The position numbers and the translations under genes are program-made. Positions 1 to 9,918 of a stretch of 64,000 bases of DNA are shown here, in pieces. Where the stretch lies: assembly GCA_965248835.1 (NCBI GenBank), contig CBDFLJ010000002.1:96001-160000 (forward strand), read 5' to 3'. How positions within the stretch are numbered: position 1 is the stretch's first letter; every line of letters begins with the position of its first letter. The stretch is from Alphaproteobacteria bacterium (GTDB lineage Bacteria; Pseudomonadota; Alphaproteobacteria; MPNO01). Under the pieces are notes generated by a model. That model was not told the DNA's origin and ran no database searches. It saw only the letters and a program-made list of their open reading frames with translations.

Positions 1-773
1 GCGAGATCCGCCGGCTTATCGACATCGATCGCCGCTTCCGCTTGCGGCATGAGCACAGGGGCGACGCGCGCGCCGAGTCGGCGCGAGGCTATCTGCATGG
101 CCTGGTCCAGCGTCAGCAGCCCCAGCGCGGACAGGGCAAAAGGTACCGGGCCGAAGGCGCGAAACAGCCGGTAGGGCGATTTGCGGTGCTTTTCGGTGTG
201 GCTCCAGAAGGCCACCACGCGGAGCGCCGCCCGTGCGCGCAGCGCGAACAGATTGCAGCCGGAATAGGTGCCGCCGCGAAAGCGCAGATAGGTGCGCTGC
301 GCCTCGGGAAAGCGGCTGCGGACGGTCTCGGCGCGGGCGAGCCCGACGGTGAGATCCGCCGCGTTCGCCTCGGTCTCGGCGCAGAAATGCCGCACCATCG
401 CCGGACTCAGCAGCGCATGGTCCCCGGTGGTCACCAGAACCGGAAAGACCGACTCGTCGGTCTTTCCGGCGAGTTCCCGCGAGACGCTTTGCGGTGCGTT
501 CCGCCCCGAAGGAACCAGGCGTACCGCGCCCGAGGCGACCAGCGCCTCCAGGGCAGGCTCGTTGCGGAGCAAAGCGGAATCGTCGGTCGAGACCAGGATC
601 GATTCGACCTTTCCGCTTGCGACCAGGGCATCGATGACGCGCACGAGCATGGGCGTGCCGCCGATATCAGCGAGGCACTTGTTGCGCACCCCGGCCGCAC
701 GGGCCACCGGATCGTCGGCCGTGCGCCGCGCGGCGAGCACCAGCGCCGTGTAGCGGGCGCCGCCGCTGCTCAC
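1..773 (-). CDS. Nucleotidyltransferase (MobA-like NTP transferase) of the sphingolipid locus; 3' end runs off the window
   Basis: Not in the ORF track; both ends translated by hand and in frame. GTG at 773 overlaps the bCerS stop (GTGA). N-terminus MSSGGARYTALVLAARRTADDPVARAAGVRNKCLADIGGTPML; C-terminus ...AEAAIDVDKPADL, typical of this family. Confidence 0.8.
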   Translation of the reverse strand, partial: MSSGGARYTALVLAARRTADDPVARAAGVRNKCLADIGGTPMLVRVIDALVASGKVESILVSTDDSALLRNEPALEALVASGAVRLVPSGRNAPQSVSRELAGKTDESVFPVLVTTGDHALLSPAMVRHFCAETEANAADLTVGLARAETVRSRFPEAQRTYLRFRGGTYSGCNLFALRARAALRVVAFWSHTEKHRKSPYRLFRAFGPVPFALSALGLLTLDQAMQIASRRLGARVAPVLMPQAEAAIDVDKPADL

Positions 774-1963
774 AGGTCCCTCGCGTAGATGCGGTAGGTC
801 TTGTAGGGCACCGCGCCGATCCGCTCGAGGATCCGCACGAGTCTGGTGTTGTTCTCGAGCACCCAGGACAGCTCGGCGGAGACCACGCCGCGGCGGCGAT
901 AGGCGAGTTGGACGGCCTCCATCGCGGCGAAGCTCAGCCCGGCTCCGGTCAAGGTGGAGTGCAGTCGGCGCCGGAGGCCCATCAGAGGCATGCGTCCCGA
1001 CCTGATGCGGTGGAATTTCAGCCGATACATGAGCCGCGCCCAGCCAAAAGGCAGCAGCCGGCCGTCGAGGTCCCGGATCGCCTCGTTGAGGTTGGGCAGC
1101 CCGAAGGCAAACGCGGCCGGCTCGCCGTCGAGCTCCGCGATGCACACCGAGTCCTCATGGATGAGCGGTTTAAGCTCGCGCGCGGCATGGGTGATCTCCT
1201 CCTCGGAGAACGGGATGAAACCCCAATTGCCCGACCACGCGTCGTTGAAAATGTCGAGGATGCAGCGGATATCTTCCACCAGGCTCGACCACCGCAAGCC
1301 GCGCATGCGGACCGCCGGGTTCTGCCGCACACGATCGACCATGCGGCGGACTCCTTCAGGGAACGCCTCCTTGGCCATGTCGAAACGGTAGGCGATCATG
1401 TCGACCGCCTTGGCATAGCCGCAAGCCTCGACCAGACGCGGATAGCAGGGCCGGCCGTGCGGCATCATGATCGAGGGCGGCGTGCCGAACCCCTTCGTCA
1501 GCAGGCCGCACTCCTCGTTGATCGAGAAGTTGAACGGCCCCAGCGCGCGCCGCATTCCGCGCGCCCGGAGCCATTTCTCCGCGGTCTCCAGCAGGGCAGC
1601 CACGACCGCCTCCGACTCCACCGCCTCGAGGAAGCCGAAATGACCCGCGCCATCGTCGTAGCGCGCGAGATGGGCGTGGTTGACTTGGGCGCTGATCCGC
1701 CCGACCGGCCGGCCCTCCATGCGCGCCAGCCAGAGCTGGCTGTCCATCGTCCTGAGCGATGGGTTGACCGCGGGGTCGAGATGGCGCCGACGCTCGCGCA
1801 GCAGCGGCGGCACCCACGCCGGGTCGTCTTCATACAGCGCCCACGGCAGGCGGATGAACGCCTCGCGTTCGGCCCCCGTCCTGACCGGAAAGACCTCTAC
1901 GCCGGCGACCTGTCCCGAATCGCGTGGCGGGGCTGCGAAGGCGTTAGAGGACAGCGACGTCAT
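770..1963 (-). CDS. GNAT-fold N-acyltransferase, bacterial ceramide synthase (bCerS)-like
   Basis: Motifs WVPPL, VGRISAQ, GHFGFLE, GPFNFSINEECGLL, FNDAWSGNWGF, ELSWVLENN, YKTYRIY. Lies in a locus with spt/acp/cerR. Confidence 0.8.
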   Translation of the reverse strand: MTSLSSNAFAAPPRDSGQVAGVEVFPVRTGAEREAFIRLPWALYEDDPAWVPPLLRERRRHLDPAVNPSLRTMDSQLWLARMEGRPVGRISAQVNHAHLARYDDGAGHFGFLEAVESEAVVAALLETAEKWLRARGMRRALGPFNFSINEECGLLTKGFGTPPSIMMPHGRPCYPRLVEACGYAKAVDMIAYRFDMAKEAFPEGVRRMVDRVRQNPAVRMRGLRWSSLVEDIRCILDIFNDAWSGNWGFIPFSEEEITHAARELKPLIHEDSVCIAELDGEPAAFAFGLPNLNEAIRDLDGRLLPFGWARLMYRLKFHRIRSGRMPLMGLRRRLHSTLTGAGLSFAAMEAVQLAYRRRGVVSAELSWVLENNTRLVRILERIGAVPYKTYRIYARDL

Positions 1964-2699
1964 CCTTCCGTCCGGCCGTTGTGCTCAGCGCCGCAACCCA
2001 GGGGAACCGCGCTGCCTCCTCGGCGGTGTAGCCCAGGTCGTGGACCGTCGCACTTCGCGGCACCTCGGGAATCCTTCCGTAAAACGTCGCGAACGCCTTG
2101 TCCCAGAAGAAGTTGGTGATGCCGTAGTTGCCGTGCTCGTTGTGATAGTGATGGGCAAGATGCAAGCGTTTGATGCGCAGCAGGAACCGCGAGCGGGGCC
2201 GGAAGGCGAGGTGCTGGATGCAATGGCAGAACTCGTAGAAACAGGTGGTCAGGATGCCCGCCCCGACCGCTGCGGCAGCGCCGGCCGGCCCGGCGATCGC
2301 CCAACCCAGCGGCCCGGTCGCCAGCACGATCGTCGGCAGAGTGGTATGGAGCCCGCCGAACAGGACGGCGAGGTCATTGGGGTCCTGATGATGGTCGTAG
2401 TGGATGCGCTTCCACAGCGCGGCGGTGCGCGGCGACTTGTAGAGCCGTCGGCTGTGCAGCAGGAAACGGTGGAGCAGATACCAGACCAGCGGATAGATCG
2501 CAGCCGAGACCAGTGCGGCCAGCGCGGTGCGAAGCGGCGGGCCCTGCCACATCCCCGCGATCACGAGCGCGACCACGATGAGCGCGATATAGACCTGGAT
2601 CGCCGGATAGGTGAAATAGGCCCGCACCAAGTCTTTCAGCGACATCCGGTCGAGCAGGTGCTCCTGACGCTTCCAGGCGTTGTACCCCAAGACGATCAA
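1944..2699 (-). CDS. Fatty acid hydroxylase / sterol desaturase family membrane di-iron enzyme
   Basis: C-terminal part of ORF 1944..3347. His boxes HRFLLH, HYDHH, HCIQH, HLAHHYH and NYGIT. Start placed at the TTG at 2699 after a GGAG-containing RBS. Confidence 0.85.
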   Translation of the reverse strand: MIVLGYNAWKRQEHLLDRMSLKDLVRAYFTYPAIQVYIALIVVALVIAGMWQGPPLRTALAALVSAAIYPLVWYLLHRFLLHSRRLYKSPRTAALWKRIHYDHHQDPNDLAVLFGGLHTTLPTIVLATGPLGWAIAGPAGAAAAVGAGILTTCFYEFCHCIQHLAFRPRSRFLLRIKRLHLAHHYHNEHGNYGITNFFWDKAFATFYGRIPEVPRSATVHDLGYTAEEAARFPWVAALSTTAGRKDDVAVL

Positions 2700-2858
2700 C
2701 GGGCCTACCTCTCCGCGCGCCTCGCGCACCCTCCGCGCATCCCGGCGACAACAGCGCACTATTATAGTAATTCTGCGGGCATTGGTACCGCTGCTATAGT
2801 GCCGACGCAGACGTGACATCGGCCAGTCGATGACGTTGGATCGCCGAAGGAAGCGGCC

Positions 2859-4019
2859 GTGAAGGTCGTCGACCGCTACATACTGCTCCGCATCCTCGGT
2901 TACGCAGGCGCCTTCGCGGGTGTCGCCCTGCTCATCCTGCTGCTCGAGCGCATGCTGCGTCTGATGGAGCTGACGGCGAGCTACCAGGGAACGCTCGGGC
3001 ACATGGCGCGGATGATGCTCAGCCTCATTCCTCATTATCTCGAGATCGCCCTGCCGTCGGCGTTCTTCCTCGCGGTTCTGCTGAGCGTCCACCACCTTAG
3101 CGAGAACGGTGAACTCATGGCGCTGCAGGGCGCGGGCGTCGGACTGCCGCGGCTGTTGGTGCCGGTCACGGTCATGGGCGTCGGACTGGCTGCGCTCGCG
3201 TTCTTGATCATCGCCTACATTCAGCCACATGCCCGCTATGCCTATCGCGGCCTGGTCCATCAGATCGCCCACCAGTCGCTCGCCGCAATCGTCCGCGAGG
3301 GCACGTTCGTGACCGTCGACAACCATACTTTCATTGCCAGGCGGCACGCCCCGGAAAGCGGTGCTCTCCAGCAGGTATTCGTCTACACGCAGGAGGGCGA
3401 GGGACGCACCGCGGTGACCACGGCAAACCGCGGCGTGCTGCGGCGTGCACGGGACGGCGACGGCTCCGTGCTTGCGTTGGGCGGCGGGGCGCGGACGTTC
3501 TTCGGCAAAAACGGGGCGATCTCCGGCAACCTTGCCTTTGACGTCTATCGTTGGAACCTCGGCGCCGAGGCCAACGGGGGGTTCCGGGCGCGCGGCAAGG
3601 ATGTCCGCGAGATGACCCTTTCGGAGCTGTCGAAGGCGCGCGCCGGGCCATCGGAAAGGATATCCCCGGCGCGGATCTCCTCGGAGTTCAACCGCCGCCT
3701 GGTCGCGGTGCTGACCATCCTGCTGCTGCCGCTGGTCGCCATCCCGTTCGGGTTGAGCGCCGGACGCATGGGACGGTCTGCCGGCGTCGTCGCCGGACTG
3801 GTCGTGCTGGTCGTCTACGAGAAGTCGATCAAGCTCGGCGCATCGCTCGCGGGCGCGGGCGCGATCCCCGCCTGGATCGGGACATGGCTGCCGTTCGCCT
3901 GTCTGGCGCTGCTCGGCACGGTATTGTTCGCGCGCGCTGCCTACAGCGTCAGCGCGCCGCCGCTGGCCGTCCTTTCCAGATCTTTCGAAGATCTGCTCCG
4001 CCGGCTTCCGCGCACCTGA
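2859..4019 (+). CDS. lptF: LptF/LptG (YjgP/YjgQ) family permease, LptF-like
   Basis: Starts with DRYIL; three N-terminal TM segments, SENGELMALQGAGVG motif, periplasmic beta-rich region, three C-terminal TMs. Confidence 0.8.
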   Translation: MKVVDRYILLRILGYAGAFAGVALLILLLERMLRLMELTASYQGTLGHMARMMLSLIPHYLEIALPSAFFLAVLLSVHHLSENGELMALQGAGVGLPRLLVPVTVMGVGLAALAFLIIAYIQPHARYAYRGLVHQIAHQSLAAIVREGTFVTVDNHTFIARRHAPESGALQQVFVYTQEGEGRTAVTTANRGVLRRARDGDGSVLALGGGARTFFGKNGAISGNLAFDVYRWNLGAEANGGFRARGKDVREMTLSELSKARAGPSERISPARISSEFNRRLVAVLTILLLPLVAIPFGLSAGRMGRSAGVVAGLVVLVVYEKSIKLGASLAGAGAIPAWIGTWLPFACLALLGTVLFARAAYSVSAPPLAVLSRSFEDLLRRLPRT

Positions 4020-4030
4020 CCGGCCGGCCG

Positions 4031-5098
4031 ATGTCGATGCTGCAGCGATATTTGGCCGGATTGTTGCTGTCGCGCTGGCTGATAATCGTCTTCGCGCTCG
4101 TGGCGCTGGTCATGATGCTCGACCTGATGGCCAATGGCGAGGATGTCGTGGCCGCCGACGGCGCCCGCCTGGAGTCGCTGCTGCGCTACATGGCGCTCAG
4201 GGCGGCGATCATCTTCGCGCGCATCTTCCCGTTCTCGCTGCTGCTGGCCGCGCTGATCACGCTGGTCGGCCTGACGCTGCGCCGCGAGCTGGTGGCGATG
4301 ATGGCCGCCGGGGTCTCGCAACGCGGCCTGCTGGTCGCCATCGCCCCGGTCGCCGTGTTGCTCGCGGCCGTCGGGTTCGTCGTCGCCGATCAACTCTCGA
4401 CCCGCGCCACCGAAGCGTTGCGGGCCTGGGGGGTAGGTGATTACGCACGCGGCGGCGAAGGTAGCCCTGACCGCCCGCTCTGGCTCCACGCCGGTGCCGA
4501 CATCATCCGGATCGGGTTCGCGCGCGCGCCCGGTGTTCTGGAGGATGTCTCGGTTTTCGAGCGCGACGCCGCCGGTGGGCTCGTCGCCAGGCTCGACGCC
4601 CCCCGCGCGGTGCACGAGGACGGCACATGGTGGCTGGAGGACGTCGACCGGCGCGATGTCGCGACCACAGGCATCACCCGCGCCGAGCGGATACGCTGGT
4701 CGGTCCCGCTCGCGCCCGGACACATCGCCGCGCTTGTGACCAACCCGCGGGAGCTCACCCTCGCGGCGCTGAAGGACATCTCGCAGCGCCCGGGCCTCGG
4801 CGCTTACCCGGCCTACGTTTATGACCTGCGGCTGCAACGGAAGTTCGCCGAGCCGGCGGCGATCATCGTCATCTTCCTTTTCACCATCCCGTTGGTCCAG
4901 CGCTACCGGAGGCCCAGCGGCGGCGCGGTGGTCGTCGGCATCGGCCTGTTATGCGGGTTCATATTCTTCGCCGTCGATGGTTTCCTGGTCGGCATGGGCG
5001 AGGCGGGGCTGCTGCCGCCGTCGGTCGCAGCGTGGTCCGCGACTGTCCTCTGCGCGCTCATCGGGCTTAGCGTCCTGGCCAGCCAGGAGGTCCGCTAG
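4031..5098 (+). CDS. lptG: LptF/LptG family permease, LptG-like
   Basis: ATG 4031 (MSMLQRYLA), RRELVAMMAAGVS motif, C-terminal GEAGLLPPSVAAW. In tandem with the lptF-like gene. Confidence 0.8.
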   Translation: MSMLQRYLAGLLLSRWLIIVFALVALVMMLDLMANGEDVVAADGARLESLLRYMALRAAIIFARIFPFSLLLAALITLVGLTLRRELVAMMAAGVSQRGLLVAIAPVAVLLAAVGFVVADQLSTRATEALRAWGVGDYARGGEGSPDRPLWLHAGADIIRIGFARAPGVLEDVSVFERDAAGGLVARLDAPRAVHEDGTWWLEDVDRRDVATTGITRAERIRWSVPLAPGHIAALVTNPRELTLAALKDISQRPGLGAYPAYVYDLRLQRKFAEPAAIIVIFLFTIPLVQRYRRPSGGAVVVGIGLLCGFIFFAVDGFLVGMGEAGLLPPSVAAWSATVLCALIGLSVLASQEVR

Positions 5099-5152
5099 AC
5101 CGGCCGGCGACGCAATGCGCGCGTCGAACGTGCTTCATCGAGGAGGTAAGCT

Positions 5153-5443
5153 ATGGCTCGTATCGCCATCCACCCGGACGGGACTCCGCGTGAAGACCTG
5201 GGAGTGCTCGAGATGAGCGCCGCTGAAACGGCTCGGCAAATCAAAGTCCCGATAAACCGAACCGCCGAGACCCTCAAAGGCTGCCGCGCCGTCATCGGCG
5301 ACACGGCGCCGCGTTTGGGACGCAATTTCGGGACTCCCGATGAGTTTGGGCTCGATCTCCAAAAACTCTACGAATTGCGCCTTACAGAGCAGAAAAACGG
5401 CGCGGAGATTGCCCGTTTGCCTTCTTTGCACACTGCGTCGTGA
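5153..5443 (+). pseudogene. Degenerate orphan HigA-type antitoxin (XRE HTH)
   Basis: MARIAIHP..., SAAETARQIKVPINR, GDTAPRLGRNFGTPDEFGLDLQKLYEL resemble HigA with conserved residues eroded. Strong GAGGAGG RBS; no toxin ORF upstream. Confidence 0.6.
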
Positions 5444-5507
5444 ACCTGCGCCTTGCCCGACGTTCGTGTCCTGCCGCGGCACAAGCTGTATACGCAGACC
5501 ACCACGC

Positions 5508-6464
5508 ATGAAGATCGGACTCATCACCAACCCGCACAGCGAGCGGAACAGGAAACGCGGCAGCCGGACCGCCGCGGCGGCGCGCGGGGCGCCCGATATA
5601 CTCCGGCGCGAGCTTGGCACGATCGCCGATATCGGCCCGATCCTTGCCGAATTCGCCGCTCGCGAAGTCGGGATCCTCGCCCTGGACGGCGGCGACGGCA
5701 CCGTCCAGGCGGTGCTGAGCGCGCTCTTCAATGACCGTGCCTTCGAGCGCACGCCGGTTCTCGCCGTAGTCGCCAGCGGAATGACCAACGCGGTGGCCAT
5801 CGATGTCGGGCTGAGCGGGCCGCCCGGGAAAGCGCTGGTGCGGCTCCAGGATGCCGCACGGCAGGGTCTCGCGGGCGCGAAGGTCGCCGAACGCGGCGTG
5901 ATCCGCATGACCCGCGATCCCGACCAGCCGCCGGTCTACGGTATGCTGTTCGGGCTGGGTGCGGTCTACCGCGCGATCGAGATCTGCAGGCGGCGGGTGC
6001 ATCCGCTGGGCATAACGTCCTCGCTTGCCGTTGGTGCGACGATTGCCGGCCTGCTTGCCCGCCGCATGCTGAACGGCGCGCGCGAGGACGAGATTTTCCG
6101 CGGCGACCGGATCGAGGTCGGCTGGGACGGCGGAGAGCGCCGCGCGGGGCTGCACCTGCTGATGCTGGGCAGCACCTTGCGCCGCTTCGCCTTGGGGATC
6201 ACGCCGTTCTGGGGCGAAGGGCCGGGTGCCCTGCGGGTGACCGACGTGGCCTACCCGGCGCACCGACTCGCCCGGTCGCTGGTCCCGATCCTGTGCGCCG
6301 GCCGACCGCCCCAGGGGAACGGCGAAATCTATGTGAGCCGCAACGTCGAGCGGGTCTGTTTGCGCATGTCCTGCCCGTTCACCCTCGACGGGGAGCTGTT
6401 CGAGCCGCTACCGGACATGCCGGTGACGCTGGAGATCGGCGCCACCGCCCGGTTCTTGCGCTGA
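5508..6464 (+). CDS. Diacylglycerol/sphingosine kinase family lipid kinase (ceramide kinase CpgB-like)
   Basis: ITNPHS, DGGDGTV, SGMTNAVA and FTLDGE motifs of the DAGK catalytic family; sphingolipid locus context. Confidence 0.75.
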   Translation: MKIGLITNPHSERNRKRGSRTAAAARGAPDILRRELGTIADIGPILAEFAAREVGILALDGGDGTVQAVLSALFNDRAFERTPVLAVVASGMTNAVAIDVGLSGPPGKALVRLQDAARQGLAGAKVAERGVIRMTRDPDQPPVYGMLFGLGAVYRAIEICRRRVHPLGITSSLAVGATIAGLLARRMLNGAREDEIFRGDRIEVGWDGGERRAGLHLLMLGSTLRRFALGITPFWGEGPGALRVTDVAYPAHRLARSLVPILCAGRPPQGNGEIYVSRNVERVCLRMSCPFTLDGELFEPLPDMPVTLEIGATARFLR

Positions 6465-6474
6465 GGCGACGAAG

Positions 6475-7392
6475 ATGAGCAGCGATCGGGCGCTTCTCGC
6501 CTGTCTCGAAGCCGCGGCCCGCGTAGCGGTGCCGCCGCGCACCGCCGCGGTCGCGGATGCGATCCTGGCGCGCCATCACGGCGCCGTCCTGGCGCTGCTG
6601 TTCTACGGCTCTGCGCTGCGCGAGCCCGACACTGCGGAGCGGACGGTCGACATCTACGTGCTGGCCGAGTCCTATCGTGGGTTTCACCGCCGTCGGCTTG
6701 CCGCGCTCGCCAACCGGTTGCTGCCGCCCAGCGTCTACCGCCTCCATACCATGTTCGAGGGCCGGAAGGTGCGCGCAAAGTACAGTGTGCTCACGCTCGC
6801 CGATTTTGAGCGGCTGGCCTCGCCGCGCACTTTCCAATCGCTGATCTGGGGCCGGTTCTCGCAACCCTGCGCGATCGCTTACGTCCGCGACGATGCAGTG
6901 CGCGGCCGGCTGGTGGGTGCCTTCGCCGATGCGGCGCGCAAGATGCTCAATGAAACGCTCGGGCTCATGCCGCCTCGGTTCTCCGCGCGCGAGATCTGGC
7001 TCCGCGCGCTCAGCGAAAGCTATGCCAGCGAGATCCGGGCCGAGCGCTCGGAGCGGCCGAGCGAAATCCATGACGCTGACCCGGAGCACTACCGGCGCGT
7101 CGCCACGCTCGTCCTCGGAGGGGAGGCGGAATTCTCGCACACACCGACCCGCCGACAGACCGCCCGCGCACGCCGCCGCTGGGCCGTTCGGCGCATTCAG
7201 GGCAAGGCGCTCGGGATCGCGCGGCTCGCCAAGGGCGCGTTCACCTTCGAAGACGGGTTGGATTACGTCCTCGAAAAGGTCGCGAGCCATACGGGGGTGG
7301 CGATCAGGCCCACGCCGTGGCAACGCCGACATCCGCTGCTCGCCGCGCCGGTCCTCGCGTGCCGGCTTTACCGCAAGCGAGCATTTCGATGA
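6475..7392 (+). CDS. Nucleotidyltransferase-fold protein, CpgA/Tam41-like putative cytidylyltransferase
   Basis: LFYGSALR...VDIYVL, IWGRFSQP, SYASEIRAE, KGAFTFEDGLDY. Lies between the lipid kinase and spt. Confidence 0.6.
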   Translation: MSSDRALLACLEAAARVAVPPRTAAVADAILARHHGAVLALLFYGSALREPDTAERTVDIYVLAESYRGFHRRRLAALANRLLPPSVYRLHTMFEGRKVRAKYSVLTLADFERLASPRTFQSLIWGRFSQPCAIAYVRDDAVRGRLVGAFADAARKMLNETLGLMPPRFSAREIWLRALSESYASEIRAERSERPSEIHDADPEHYRRVATLVLGGEAEFSHTPTRRQTARARRRWAVRRIQGKALGIARLAKGAFTFEDGLDYVLEKVASHTGVAIRPTPWQRRHPLLAAPVLACRLYRKRAFR

Positions 7393-7405
7393 AACGTCGT
7401 GCGGC

Positions 7406-8611
7406 TCAGCGCCCAGCCGCCTCGGCGGGCCTTTGATCTTCGGCCAGGCGCGAGAACGCCTCGCAGATCTTCGCGATCTCGTCTTCGGTGTGCGCCGCCG
7501 ACATGCTGAGCCTGAGCAGCGAAGATCCGTCCGGCGTGCCGGGCGGGATGGCGAGGTTGACGTACACGCCATCCTCGAGAAGCCGGTTCCAGCTATAGGC
7601 CGCCGAGGCGCGATCGGGCATGCGGACCGCGATGATCGGCCCGAGCGGCGCGCAGAGCGAAAAGCCCAGCGCCGACAGGCCGTCGTAGAGCTGAGCCGCG
7701 TTGTGCCAGAGCCGCGTCCGGAGGTCGGGCCGCGATTCGATTTGACGCAGCGCGGCAAGCGCGCTGGCGGCGTTCGACGGCGACAGTGAAGCGGTGAACA
7801 TGTAAGGCCGGCTGGCGCAGCGCAGGAGGTCGAATTGCGGGTGGTTGGACGCACAGAACCCGCCGGTCGAGCTCAGGCTCTTGCTGAACGTGCCCATGTA
7901 GAAGTCGACGTGGTCGAGCACGTTCTGGGCCTCGGCCACGCCGCGTCCGTTCTCCCCGAAGACGCCGAAGGAATGGGCCTCGTCGAGATAGAGATAGGCG
8001 TTGTGGCGCCGGACGACCTCGACGATCTCGGCCAGCGGGGCGACATCGCCCAGCATCGAATAGATACCCTCCACGACGACCAGCGTAACGCCGTCGCCCC
8101 GCGACAGCCGGCCGAGGCGGTTGTCGAGATCCGATACCGAATTATGGCGGAAGCGGTTCGTGGTTGCATCGCTCAGCCGGCAGCCGTCGTAGATACAGGC
8201 ATGGCAATGCGCGTCGATCAGGATCGTATCATCGGGCCCGGTCAGCCCGGTGATCGCGCCGAGATTGGCGAGGTAGCCGGTGGAGAAGACGATCGATCGC
8301 TCGAAGCCGAGGAATTTCGCCAGGCCCTGCTCGAGCTCGCGGTGCATGGTGTAGGTGCCGTTGGCGAACCGGGACCCGGTGGTGCCCGTCCCGAGCTGGT
8401 CGATCGCATCCTTGGCAGCGGCCACGCAAGCGGCATCGAATGTCAGGCCGAGATAGTTGTTGGTGCCGGCGAGAATGACCGGGCGCCCCTGGATGACCGC
8501 GCGGGTCGGCGACTGGACCGCTTCCATTGTGACGCCGAACGGGTCGCTGCCGAACTCCAGGATCTGCTCGAGTTGCTCGGAGAGTTCCTGAAACCGTCTG
8601 AACAAGCTCAC
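7406..8611 (-). CDS. spt: Serine palmitoyltransferase (PLP alpha-oxoamine synthase family)
   Basis: GTNNYLGL, GTTGSRFANGT, DEAHSFG, GTFSKS (PLP lysine), RPYMFTASL. Directly downstream of an ACP gene. Confidence 0.85.
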   Translation of the reverse strand: MSLFRRFQELSEQLEQILEFGSDPFGVTMEAVQSPTRAVIQGRPVILAGTNNYLGLTFDAACVAAAKDAIDQLGTGTTGSRFANGTYTMHRELEQGLAKFLGFERSIVFSTGYLANLGAITGLTGPDDTILIDAHCHACIYDGCRLSDATTNRFRHNSVSDLDNRLGRLSRGDGVTLVVVEGIYSMLGDVAPLAEIVEVVRRHNAYLYLDEAHSFGVFGENGRGVAEAQNVLDHVDFYMGTFSKSLSSTGGFCASNHPQFDLLRCASRPYMFTASLSPSNAASALAALRQIESRPDLRTRLWHNAAQLYDGLSALGFSLCAPLGPIIAVRMPDRASAAYSWNRLLEDGVYVNLAIPPGTPDGSSLLRLSMSAAHTEDEIAKICEAFSRLAEDQRPAEAAGR

Positions 8612-8618
8612 TGACGTC

Positions 8619-8867
8619 TTATCCCCGCTTGAGTTGATGGATTGCTTCCATCAGTTGACCGATCGTTTGAAACTCGGAGATGAGGTTCATGGAGAAAGAC
8701 ACATTATAGCCGTCCTCGATCTCCATAATGAGGTCCAAAACGGCGACCGAGTCGATCTCCAGGTCGCGTCCGATATTGGTGTCGTAGGCCAGCTCGATCC
8801 CGTTCCCGTTGAACGGCTCGATCAGGTCGCAGATCTTGCGGAACATCAATTCGTCGTCTTCCGCCAT
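8619..8867 (-). CDS. Acyl carrier protein associated with Spt
   Basis: Small acidic protein with DLEIDSVAVLD (phosphopantetheine serine). Alternative start at 8897. Confidence 0.85.
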   Translation of the reverse strand: MAEDDELMFRKICDLIEPFNGNGIELAYDTNIGRDLEIDSVAVLDLIMEIEDGYNVSFSMNLISEFQTIGQLMEAIHQLKRG

Positions 8868-8915
8868 CGGCGCGCCCGCGGGTCGTTTTTCCCTCATCTG
8901 CCCCTCCAGCCCGGG

Positions 8916-9866
8916 TTACAGCATGTTTTGCTGCCGGTACCAGCGCGCGGTCCGGGCGAATCCATCCCCGATTGCCACCTCCGGCCGCCAGCCCACATGC
9001 TCGCCGAGCGAGCCTTCGGCCACACCCCAATCGGGATGGAAAATCTCGCGTATCTTGGCGGGTGTGATCAGAGGTGATTCGCCGAGAACGCGGCGGAGAA
9101 CCAGGTTCGCACCGGCGAAGAGGGTCATCACGCGGAAGGGCACCGGGACCCGTCGCACTTTGGTGCCGAGAGCACGTCCGCCGTTCTCCGCGATCGCCTG
9201 CCATGTGTGACCACCGGCCTGAGGGTCTCCAAGCTCGAAGATACCATGATCGAAAGAACCCGCCGCCAACATTGCCGCCACAGCACTGGCGACATCCTCG
9301 ACATAGATCAGCGAAACCCGCGCGTCCATAGGTCGTGCCGGCGATGGGACCAACATAAGCCCACGTTTGAACAGCTTGAACAGCGGCAAGCACGCCGGAT
9401 CGCCCGGCCCGTAGACCGCCGCCGGGCGCAGGACTGACCAGTCGAGGTCGCGGCCGAGGTGAGACAGCGCATCCTCGGCCGCCCGTTTGGATGCGGCGTA
9501 GGGTGAGATGGCCGGTTCGCGGGCGGCGAGCGAGGAGATGAGAACGAACCGCGGTCGCATGGGCGCGGCGCTTGCCGCCGCAACCAGCCGAGCGGTTCCC
9601 ACGGCGTTGACCGCGTGAAATGCCGCCGGCCGTCCGCCGCGCGTAAGCCCGGCGCAATGGACCACGACATCGGCGCCTGCAACAAGGCGCTCCAACGACC
9701 CGCGGTCGGCGAGGTCGCCTTCGACGATTTCCATGCCCTCGCCGGCATCCAACGCGCGCGGCCGGCGCGCAAGCGCGCGGATTCGCCAGCCCTCCGCCAG
9801 GAGGCGGGAGACGATGTGCCGGCCGAGAAACCCGGTTGCCCCGGTCAGCGCGACAAGCCCGCTCAT
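8916..9866 (-). CDS. NAD-dependent epimerase/dehydratase (extended SDR), ceramide reductase CerR-like
   Basis: TGATGFLG, SSLAA, YAASK catalytic motif, RPAAVYGPGD. Lies between the acyl-AMP ligase and the ACP. Confidence 0.75.
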   Translation of the reverse strand: MSGLVALTGATGFLGRHIVSRLLAEGWRIRALARRPRALDAGEGMEIVEGDLADRGSLERLVAGADVVVHCAGLTRGGRPAAFHAVNAVGTARLVAAASAAPMRPRFVLISSLAAREPAISPYAASKRAAEDALSHLGRDLDWSVLRPAAVYGPGDPACLPLFKLFKRGLMLVPSPARPMDARVSLIYVEDVASAVAAMLAAGSFDHGIFELGDPQAGGHTWQAIAENGGRALGTKVRRVPVPFRVMTLFAGANLVLRRVLGESPLITPAKIREIFHPDWGVAEGSLGEHVGWRPEVAIGDGFARTARWYRQQNML

Positions 9867-9918
9867 GGATCACCCGCGCCTTGCCGGAGGCGTGCGGCCG
9901 CCGAAAGCTCGGCCGAAG

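Noticed and set aside
42-788. Plus-strand ORFs at the window start
   Set aside because: The real gene is the minus-strand nucleotidyltransferase, which the track missed because its stop lies outside the window.
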